This document shows positions 12,401-24,400 of a stretch of 64,000 nt of DNA, one piece after another (positions within the stretch are counted from its first letter, which is position 1; the number at the start of each line of letters is the position of its first letter). Source of the stretch: Tubulanus polymorphus (taxonomy: Eukaryota; Animalia; Nemertea); contig NC_134030.1 in the NCBI RefSeq assembly GCF_964204645.1, forward strand, positions 21,908,210 to 21,972,209, in the 5' to 3' direction. The translations under genes were made by a program, and so were the position numbers. The notes beneath the pieces are model-generated. The model searched no databases, was not told where the DNA came from, and saw nothing but the letters and a program-made list of their open reading frames with translations.

Positions 12401-15400
12401 TTTCTAGTTGTTTTTCGTGATTTTCTGTTTAAACAAAAACTTGTTGCATTGAATTTATTTTAAATGTTTGAGTAGATGAAAAAGGAAGCCTCGATGTTGC
12501 TGGATGCAGATGTTGTGATGTAATCATAAATGATTTCTTTTTTCAGAAATTAAATTGAAAATCGCAGTTTTCAAATCTATCAAAGGTAAGAGGTTTATGT
12601 ATGGAATATACATCAGAATCAGCAGGGTTTATTCCATCATATTCCAAGATTCAACCTGAGCTCAATCATTTTCCAAGAACTCAATTGTAGAATTTTACGC
12701 TGAACGAGCTGAAAGATTTCAGAAAGAACTCGAAGAGAAACTGAAACAAGAGGAAAATGAAGAGAGAAAAAATGAGGAGGAATTGAACAGAATGATTCAC
12801 AGTTCAGTTGGTCAGGCGTTTAAATATATCACTGATATAAATGAAAGTAAATATCCATTTTGTATCTCAAATTATACACACATGTGGCAAAGTACATACA
12901 CATAAAATGATTATGTTTACACATGTTACATGCACATGTGCACAAACACGTAACATGTACATGTGCATTATATTCGAAATGTTCTACGCACAATGTATTT
13001 TTACATGTTTCATGTAGAGTCGAATGATAAAACATGTTTATTGATGTAACAGTGATTTTCATCGCGATTTGTGTGAGAAGGACTGAATTATGGCGGATGG
13101 GATAAATCACTCACTGGTTTTCCCGAGCCTTAGAGTTCACTGGTACCAGAATTCAGCCGTTCCAAAGAACTCTAAAAGACACTGGGGAAGAATTTATCAG
13201 AACTTTAAACTGATAGTAAAAGAGTTTATTTTACGAACGTCGTCTTCTCTCTAAGAGCATGCATGCATAGGACATTTTACAGAATGGCGCCCGAAACCGA
13301 CATAAACCCACTCAGCCCCTGCTCACATTTCATGTGAATGTACGTACATGTCACATGTGAACATGTTACATGTGAACATGTAATGAATTAATGTACTTGT
13401 AACATGTTCATGTAAATTAATGCACATGTAACATGTTGGTTCTCTGATAAATTTCAGAAAATCTTATGGATAATAAAGTTGTAGGATATGGAGGTTTGTA
13501 TATAATTCACATGTTTCAATCACAAACCAGTTTTTATCATGAATAATCTGTTTGATTTTCTCTATTTATATTTCAGCAAGTCCAGAAGAGATAAGTGAGT
13601 TCTGATTTATATTTATAAATATTCTCAGTACAGTAGACTGCGCGCTTGCCTTTATTTCATGTTGTAATTTGTCATATTTACAAGTTTATAAGTTACTTGT
13701 GATGTCAGTGATTTTCTATATTGATAGATTCTAAACTACATGAATTAGCCGATAAAGAGTTTGAAGATAGGAAAGGTACTGTACACATTACAAAGTTATA
13801 CATTTTTAGCCTACTTCGGGCTAAAGTCCCAGCGGGCTATTGCGTTCACTTATCGTCCGTCGTCCGTAGACGGAATCCAGTTATTTTGGGAAGTTTTGAA
13901 GACGCTTCTTTGAATTGTTTTGATATTGGATTTATACATGTATCTACCCTAGACACATCTTCGGCCCAAAAACTGGCCCTGTTAGTCAAGATGGTCGAAT
14001 GGCGGCCATTTCTGCGTTTCTCGCCGTTTTGAAGTTCTAAAGGCAAATTTAGGTTCTATCTCAACTATTTATAATCTGTTTGTAAACGGCCATAAAAGCT
14101 TCGTGTTTCGTCTGCAATTCACTGCAAATAGTTATATTTTACTACGTATGCCAATCTATATGTTTTAGACTGATGTACACTCGTTTGATCCACTCAATCG
14201 TAACAGTTCCTCAGCTTCACTTCGTCATTATCATTTATTAACTTCGCCATATCACATCATATACTTACATTGTGCCTCGAAACACTAAGAACTGAAATAA
14301 TGGAAATGTATGCACAGCCAAAATACTGAAGTGCGGCCATTTTTGCTTTCTGCTGCTTTGCGTAAATCCCTTAATTGCGTGGAGTGGGGCCAATACGTCC
14401 AGTAGACCAATAGAACTAGTCCACTGGACCAGTACCAATACAGCTTCTCCTAAATGCGTAACACTGTGATCTTTTTGTGCCCAACAAATTAACTTTGCCC
14501 TGAATTCCGAAACTGTAGCTTCCGATTGGTTGTCATTTATCACTGAAATTCGTGTTGGGTACTGCGTGATGTGTTTACTTTGAAAAGGGATCTTAAACAT
14601 ATCAGACCGGGTTTTCCGATAAGTTGATGTTGAATCGAATAATGAAATTTTCTGATTGTTGAGCATTTCAAATCACTTCCCAACCGGGTGTGGTGTCCCT
14701 GGAACCCTAGTTTTATGTTTTAAATCTTATTGATGTTTATTATCAATGTTTATTACAGTCGGTTACTTCAATACTTTAAAGACACCTGAAGAAATATTGC
14801 CTCTAACACTGAATATACCGACACAACTCCGCACCGGTAAGTGACTACCCTGAAACTGTATGTTTGTTATTCAGATTGTAATAATTGTAATAAATTGTGA
14901 TAATTTTGTTTGGAATTCAACACTAGACTCTGCCTTAAATGAGTTGAGAATCAGGCAAATCCGTTTATCATTATTTCCAAAACTTTTATTCTCTTCGAAT
15001 TTCATTTAATTTTTGTAGAGTTGGATTCAGCTGGCCGGGATCCAGTTATTCTGTCGGATCGAGCAGGTATTGTATAAGTCTGTTAATCTAACCTGTTCAA
15101 TGCCACTGATCTCTTATAACGCCTACTTTTTTCCCAGTGAACAAATCCCGTAAATCTGACTTAAATTCAAAGGAAATACCATTCTTCATAACGCCATTTC
15201 ATCAGTGGCATAAGGAAGGACTTTTACTGTGAAAACTAAATTTTCAGCTTCCTAGGAGCACCAGCCTGAAATATTCTGCAACTGATCTTTGTCCCCGTTT
15301 AGATGATTAACTCTTCTAAGTTCTTGTTAAAAATCCTTAAACTGCGGTATTCGTTAGGAATACCAGAAAATGCTCTTCTATCATATGCCGGATGTTTAGG

Positions 15401-18400
15401 AACAGACCCTGAACACGATGTTCTAATCCCCTGCTTTACTGGTCTTTTAAATGTCCAGCGGAACTGAATGTCTTTAAACAACAAAAGTTTAGAATTGAAA
15501 CCGCACTCAATGAATGTTGTGTCTATGTTTTTTTGTTTTATATGAATTTCAGTGGAATATTTCAAGGATGAATTCATTATTGCAATACAATCTGATGAAT
15601 CATTGAAAACTGCTACTCAAACTGCTTTAGATAACAGTAAGTTACATCTACAGTAAACTACATTTACATCTACAGTAAACTACATTTACATCTACAGTAA
15701 ACTAGATTTACATCTACAGTAAACTACATTTACATCTACAGTAAACTACATTTACATCTACAGTAAACTACATTTACATCTACAGTAAACTACATTTACA
15801 TCTACAGTAAACTACATTTACATCTACAGTAAACTACATTTACATCTACACTAAACTACATTTACATCTACAGTAAACTACATATAATACATCTATACAT
15901 CAACAATTATATATTTATTCACTAAAATTGTCGTTTCTTGAAATGTTTTTCCTTTTTTTAGACTCAAGCAGAACCATTTATTTGCTGAAGAGAGAAAACT
16001 GGAAAGGTAAATTGTTTGATGAAATGTGTGTACAATGTATATTTTCTAAAATCAAAAAATAAATATTTTAAGAACCGCAAATTACTTGTTTATTTTAATC
16101 ACTTCTATGAATTCATATAAACTGCTGATTTTACTGTGTAAAATAATAATTCAACGATTTTCTTCTATTTTCAGTTGTTGATAGAATTTATAATGATGTG
16201 AAATCCAGAATACAATCAATTTCTACAGGTTTGTATTTCAAACGATACGCTATCAATCCTTGTATTAAAATGTAACCGTATTCTCCCCCGGGCAAGCGCC
16301 CTTTTTGTGACCCACATCATATCATGTCAATGTATCATATATCATGTATCATATATCAGCCGGTATGTACATCTGTATAACGGTTTATTCCCATTTCGCC
16401 GCTTATTTATTCCAATTTGGCCTTTTTCCCAATTTCACCCCTTTCCTATTTTGCCCCTTTCCTATTTCGTCCCTTTGTTCACATTTTCGCCTCTTTTTGT
16501 ACATTTTCGATGAAGTTTAGTTTAATTTTCGGAGGGGCTGAAAAAAATGGTAAGGGTGAAATTTGAAAGGAGCGAAATGGAAAGGGGCTAAATGGGAAAG
16601 GGGTCTACTAGGAAGGGCAGACATCTTGTATATCAACACGCACGTCGCATGCACGCACGTCGCACGCACGCACGCAAACGTCCTTAATCATATTACGTTT
16701 ATGTCATTTATGCTTGTAAAATGTAATTTCGAAGTTGATTAACTTCATTTTATTTTTCATCACGGATTGATTCGTTGCTGAATTTACGTTCTATTTCTAT
16801 TTGTGATTTCAGAGGAATTAAATGAACGAGGAATCGTAGCTTATAGAAGTGAGTAAAATGCGTGTTTGAATTATTCGTCAATTCAACAGTGTTGAGTTAC
16901 CCTAAACTCCTTAAACATCAGCAGAAATGAATACTCGTGTAAAAAATAAATCTATAAAAGTAATTTTTGAAAGATGATAAAAGCGTTTAGTCGCAATGAT
17001 ATTCTACAAATGAATAAGATTTAAAGAAATTCAGATTTAAGATGAAAAGACTATAGTTATATAGATAAAGTAAACTGTATTAATTAACCTGTATATATAT
17101 ATATATGTTTTCTGTTTTTCAGTAAAAGATGAAATAGCGAGTAAGTACTGATATCAACTTACACATTAGAGTGAATGATAGCGATTCTCATATAGCTCCT
17201 AACTCCAGTAAACAGTTCAGGGTAACTTGAAATGCTGCTCGAAATGCTGTCTTAAAAAGGAAACATTTCAGAGGCTTCCCAAATTCATCAATGGATAAAA
17301 TTGCCCGTGGAGGCTTCAGGGGTGGATCGAGCCTAGGTTTCTGTGAGTACCGCTCAACTATGGAAGGGTAAGCCTACCTTTATCATAACCCAATTACGGT
17401 ACTCCCTCAGAAAATCGTGAAGTTTTGTAGGAAATATTCATAAAAGAAATAAGAAGTTGACCATTTTCCATTATTCGAATTAACCATTTCTATTACTACT
17501 ACCAGAATACTAGCTGGGAATATAACATACATGTCTGTACAAGTCAATCCCTGATCAAATTCAAATCAACTCATCGATAATAACTCGCTTGCCAGGGGTA
17601 ATTTCTTCCTGTTAAAACGAGATTTCCACGAGGAACTTGAAAAATAGAAGGGTTGTTCTACAAACTGTAGGCTGGATCCACCCCTGGGCGGCTTGTTCCA
17701 CAATTTGGGGCACTACATGTACTATTACTCTTCATGGTTCGTAGTATTTGACTCGCAGTGGCTTTCGACTTAAATGAATAAATCTGTGAAGATGGAAAAA
17801 CTTTCCTGATTGATCTTCGATATCGCGGTTTATTTATAAATCAGTACAATCAATATTCAATCTCTTGTTTATCGACTTGATTTGTAGATGTGAAAGTAGA
17901 ACATGTTTCACTCCCCCTGCAGTAATCTATTGTGTTTATTCTGTTACAGTGAATCACATCAAACCAATTATTGCAAACAGAATTCCAATATATAAAGGTG
18001 AATACATTGTGTTGACTGTTAAGTGTTTTAGTAAACTAGCAAAGAACCGGCCGTCCTGAACGGGTTTTATCGTCCTTGAGTTTGAGTTGATTATTTTGCT
18101 TCTTGTGTGGAATACACAGTTATTTCGCGTAAGGTCGACTGTATTTTGTAGGAGGATATTGTGACGCTATAGCAACATAAATAGTTTACATCAGTTGACA
18201 TTACGATAGTTTCTAAATTAATCTTTGCTCCTCATTAGTTACATTTTAACATTTATAATTACAGGCACACTAGTGACTGTTTTAGAAGAGAAATGTAAAA
18301 AGGCTTCCAGTTGGATATTCAAGAACTGGGTTTATGATATATCTACTGCGAGTAAGTTCACAGTGAAATCAGTTTGTGATTTATAATAGAATTCTATTGT

Positions 18401-21400
18401 GTAAAAACTTGTCTATTGTTTATTACATATAGTGTCTGTACTCAGTGAATTTACAAGTAGAACTTTAAAGACAAACACAGGTTATTGGAAACAAGTCAAA
18501 GAATGTTTCGGTAAATAATAAATTCTTGTTCACCGAACGTTTTATTAAATGATCTGATTTTTATGTTTTGAATAATAATTGTTTGTTCTGTTTGAATAGG
18601 AGATGAAATTAACAGTGAAACAAATACAACTAAACTGAAAAAAATAGGTGAATATTTTTAAAAATTCAGACAAAATTATAGCGTTGAATTCATTAAAGAT
18701 GAAATTCATCAATTTAATCGGATCTTCGGAGGCATCTGTTTTGATTCAGGTCCATGTTTTAAGTGTGAAACTTAAAGTGTTTGATAGCTGCCACTCTTTG
18801 GTCACGTTTTGTACCGATGTGAAAATGTCTTTATTTATTTGTTTATAGTTGATGAATGTTTGAGTGAATGCAGTAAAACAATGAATGATAAATGGATTAC
18901 TGGTGAGTACCCCTCATGAGTGAGTACCTTTTTCGCTAACGCCACGCAACACAATTTTCATCGCAAATCCTCCCGTAAATATTATTCACTAAAATCCGCG
19001 CAAATATTTTCCTCACAAATTGCTCAATTTTTCCCTCAAATCTGCGTGCACAACTAAGAGGCACCCCTTAACTCTCATTTACCACGCAAATAATACTTTC
19101 TTGGCTTTTGAAAGTTAAATAACGTAAATAATTGATATTTTTCAAGGTGCGGTCTGATGGACCAGTACCTTACCAAATTTTTCTGGGGCTCAACTTGGAT
19201 TCATTGTTAATTATATTTAAGACCCTTTTCACCGATATATCAGCCCTATGCTGGCCGGCATCCATCGTTATATCACGTATACGGAATTATTTTTTCAAGA
19301 AAAGACTTTTAAGAATGAATTAAATATTAGTTTATTCTCGATACCAAAATCATTAAATCGATGATAAGTTAAGAACGGTACAGCGTCCATTCCCCATAAT
19401 GAATAATGAATATTGGAATGTTATGTTAATTTAAATATAATAAATATTCTTTTGATAATAATCAAGTACAAATTGTTTTCAATGAGGGCACCTCAAGAAT
19501 CCAGATATGGTGACGGTGAATAAGATATCGACGCAAATATCAATTTGCAATTAGTTTTTACTATGAATACCTTTTATGATTGGACTGGTTCCCGTTGCGT
19601 GAAAAATTGAAAAAATCACATCTTGCGATGAGTTTATCTCAAACTGATTTTCATCGCAAATCGTCTCGCAACGCAAATCATCCACGCAAACTTGCGTAAA
19701 GTTAGTGAATAATGTCCCCGGTACCTGAATTGTGTGAAGACATTTAAATGATGTGATTCATTGATGAAGTTGAAACCAGCAGTATACTAAACCAGGTTGA
19801 ATGACTAGTTTTCTGTGAGCTTGAATTTCATGTATTGATATTTTTAGACGATTTCAAGATCCGCAACATGATTGTAGAGACAGGTAAATATTAGTAGAAT
19901 AGTCAGAACTGATGACGTGGAGAAATATAGTAAGTTTATATAAAACCCACTATATACAAAGTCTTTAGAAGATTAAAAATGCGAAATTTATCTATCAAAA
20001 ATTAAAATCAAAGGACTCAACTTTTCGAATTTTCACTAGACATCAACTCAGGTCTAACGTTGATCTCTAGCGACAGATCGAAACGTTTTGTCCTTTAATT
20101 TTAATTTTTGGTAGATATCGTATAACTCTGAATTACGAATTTATTTACACTCCAACCATTCCCATGGTGTATGGAGGAAAAAACAGTATTTACATAAATA
20201 CAAAAAAAACCAGAAAATAATAGTATTTTAAAACATGACAAACGTTATTTACAACATACTATTTACACACACTACCGGAGGGATCTATATACATCCAGAC
20301 CTAATTCGATAAATTTAGCCAGATTTTTTGAAATATTAAGGTATCAACAACGTATTTGAATTTAAGTAGTTTTCACGGAATTCGGTTAGTAAGTTAAAGT
20401 AAAAAATAAAATGTAGTTCGTCTAATAAAACGTTTTAGGGGGGGGGGGGCATAATATATCGGTTCTTGGTAAATAAAGATTTGAAAATTCATTCACAGGT
20501 AAAAGATAAGATCCAAATCCAGAATTCAAATAAACGTCATCAAGCTGATTGATATAGTTATCAAATTTAGATATCCTTCTTATATTACCTAGGATTAATG
20601 TATAAGGAGTTATTATTTAGCCTAAAATTGTCCCTGTGTGTGCCGGTCACGGAGTATACGGTGTAATTGTTTTATAGATGATCTAGAGTTTACCATGAAT
20701 TGTTGTGTCCAGATATACGACAAACCACAGTCATCTAAAATCTTCTAAAAAAATAATAGCCAGAGACTCTTAGCAATAATCTTTAAAATACAAATTCAAA
20801 ATATTTTGTAGAGAATTGAACTAGGTTTAGTTTGTTCACACGAAATCGTTTTAACTCAAAGATTAATCATTCTAGGCTTTACAATGTAGGAACAATGCCA
20901 GGGGAATTAAGGTAAAATAGTAAATATAAGTACAAGCTTAGGGTAATATACAACATTAAATCAGCACATTTTTTAAGAAATGTCAAGAAATGGAAACTTA
21001 GGGGTACTAAAATACAACCAAATACAACCAAATACAATAGTTAGTTGCAAATAGAAAGAGATCATTGATAAAATGATTGATGATTAATACATTCAACTTA
21101 AATCAATGTATGTTGATAACTTGTATACAGATTTCCTTCTGTGGCATTTTTACCGGTGGCATTTTTTCCTATGTTTCCTATTTTTTCCTAGAAGTTTCAA
21201 AAGTTTCTAATTGACGTGTCTAAATTCGAAATAGTTTCGCGAAGTTCAGTAAGAAGGGTGCAATCAAAGAGAAAATGTTAATCATCCCTGAAAACATCGC
21301 AAATTGGGCACATTCTTTCATTTCTAGGTAGATGGAGATTAGGTAAATTGTCCCCGGAAAAAATGTTCAATTTATAAGGTCTAACTCACATACATTTCGG

Positions 21401-24400
21401 AACTTGCTACATTCTAGTTTTACTTCGCACAAAAACTTATATTTTCGTTTTATCGACATTTACAGTGAGGTGGCGGCACAGTATTCAAATAAAGCTTTTA
21501 AGTGTAATTGTAGTGATCTCTCATCCTCAGCAAGAATGACCTTGTCATCCGCATATAGAATAAGAAATAAATTGAGTAAAGCGTCAATATCCTGATTACA
21601 TCCGGAGTTCAGATTCTCTATAAACGATTAAGTTTTAAAATAGTCCTCAATATCATTCAGGAATAAAGAAAAATTAAGAATAGGTGACTGATGTTCATCT
21701 TGTGTTGTCCTTCAGCCTAGTACTGCCACCTGGTGACTGTATGAGATGTAACTATTCTGTTATTTGTATTATAGTAGAGATTGTTGATGAGATAAAACAC
21801 GTACATTTTCAAACTCCCGAATTTAGAAGTAAGTTTCCAATAAAATCAGAACCTGTTTTAACAACCAGAACTCAAATATTAATATCTGTATGTATTGTAT
21901 TATTATTTATAGGATCAGTTGTGACTGCAGTGAATGAAGCTATCGAGAAATCAGGTAATTGAATATTCATCATAAGTTCGAATTCTGTGTTTGAATTGAG
22001 TTCAGTTTGGCTGAAGGTGCTTTTTCAAAATGTATATACTTATATTTTACAGAAAAATCACAACACGGCAAAAAACAATGCTATGAAGCTGCAGGTTTGT
22101 AAAACTCTAATTTCTGTAAATGAATTTGACCTGATGTGGCTGCTACACAGGACCGAATATCATAGATTAGGGGGCAAAATATTCCCCTGGACCCAGTTTT
22201 ATAGACTGGTATCTTTAACACGGGAGTTAACTTAATTGAAAATGAATCAAGTTAGCCTCCAGGTTAAAGATAATACCAGTCTATAAAACCGACCCCTTGG
22301 CCCTGGAAACTTTTTGAAAATTGTCAGTAGTTAACATAGTTTCTCAATGTTGCTATGGTGGTTGTCACTCTTGTTGAGGATTTTCCCCAAGAGGATCATC
22401 CATTTATTACGTCTGCAACAAATTCAGAAAAAGCCTCGAGTATGCTGATAATAGTTAGATCGAGTCCATTATGTATAAAAAGGGTGGTAGAAAATGTAGT
22501 CACGTGATAAAATTCATCCTGAACAGAATTGAATTTTTTTAAGTTGCGTACAATACGCATTACTATTTACCCCTCCCCCTTTTGTACACAAAAGTATGCA
22601 ATTTAATAAGACCCCCTTAATTGTACAATTTGAATTTTGAGTTTAACCCCTTCCTACCCACAATGCGTACCTAATTAGTGGATGAGCCCTTAAGGGGTAA
22701 CTTTGAACCCGCCCTATGAAACTAGGCCCATGATGATGACCACAAAGATGAGGTAATTTTCAGTTGCTTTCCCTTAAGGATTTTATTCTATTATTTCAGT
22801 GAAATGGATAGCTGATAAAATGAAAGGTAAATTGACTGATAATAATACTCAGTTTCGTGATGAATTTGTGTTGATGTTTACAGAATCATTTCTAATTTCA
22901 GATTTTAAGGTTAAACCATCTGAAACATCATATGGTATGTAATATAATTGTTAAATACAGTTGATTATAACGGTCGCTGTCATCGTTTTTACTGTCACTG
23001 TTCACTCAACACGAACATTTATCAGAGAACAAATATGTAAAATCAAACTCAAATTCAATGAAAATACCATTCTTTAAAACGCCAAAATCATTGTGATGTC
23101 ATATTTTTCATTGGTCGCCATAGTGGCTTAAAGGACTTGCGTATATCTTGTGTGGGTGCCTCATCTGTCAGCCAACTGGGCGGGAAATTGATTTAACAAT
23201 TCACTAAAAATCCTGGCATTTTTTTCAGAGCGAAATGAATTTACTAAACTTGCACGAGAAAAAGGTAATGAATAAATGATGTGTATTAAAATTGATGTTA
23301 TCGATTTTGATAATGTTTTATGATGCTATACGTAATTTAATTTCTATTGCAGTAAAGAGAAAATCAAGAGAGTTGATAAATGAGATATGTGCTATAACAG
23401 ATAAAGGTAATCAATATTTACTTCTATAAACATTTTACTGACTCAATATTTCTATATTCATGAATTCATATTTCCACATTTATATATAACGTGTCTTAGG
23501 GTCCCCAAACCGGAAAATCAGGAATTTCAAAATAATGTACTTTAAATTCATTTGGCGCTTCAACTTTCTTCGGCAATCTTTCTAGAAAATCGCTTTCATC
23601 AACCGATCACCGGTAAAATGTTCTGACGTCACTGTAGTGAATGTTATCTGCTTAATTTCCATCTGGAAAATGAATAATCACCCATGAAATACTCGGGTTT
23701 ATTGACTTCATGTAATTATGGAAACTATCCATAAATTCTGTTCTGATAGGGTTCGGTTTCCTGGTAGATAGCTCATATATTGTTTTCATTTTTTTTTTCA
23801 GAAAAATTAAAATCGAAAGGTTTCCTGGTAGATGAGTCGAGTAAGTAAAATTATACAGTCATCACTTTCTGATTTAAACCATAATCAAATTACATTTTGG
23901 GATGAAATTTAGTTTCGTTTTCGTTTATGAGAAATCTGAAGTATGATTAAACCGGTTTAATCTGGATTACTAGCGGGACACCGGGATGAAATTCATGTAG
24001 TTTGAGAAATCCGGATTTAAAATCGTATTCCATGAGATACTAGTTGATTAGTTGTCGAATAAACACTATAATCCGTGTAAACTGTAGATAAATGAAGAAA
24101 TCCCACACTTCGAATTTGAAATTATACTATCAAATTTATTATTACGAAACCACAACGTTTCGGCTGTTGACTAACAGCCATCATCAGGTGGCATGGTTGA
24201 TTGTTTGATAAAGAGCAGTAACTGAATCAAATCTGGATTAAACTGATCTTGTTTCAATAAGCTTGTTTGTATTTAATGTTCTAATCTCTACTGAACAGTA
24301 TCATAAACAATGTTTGATAATATGATATGAAATCTCTCACTAAGAATAAAAAGAGTGCACAATGTTTCCTTATATTGTTTCCTAGACGTATCGGCGCCAC

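Noticed and set aside
13721-14666. ORFs 13721-14032, 13846-14046, 14265-14666 and most other short ORF-track entries
   Set aside because: They lie in non-autonomous repeats, are antisense shadows of real exons, or are exon+intron read-throughs; frames are not conserved between paralogous copies.
7189-23840. Independent gene separate from the Ig receptor
   Set aside because: No start or leader exon found between 6176 and 7189; the first exon is phase 1 like the TM donor; A2 has no alternative terminal exon. Not formally excluded without cDNA.
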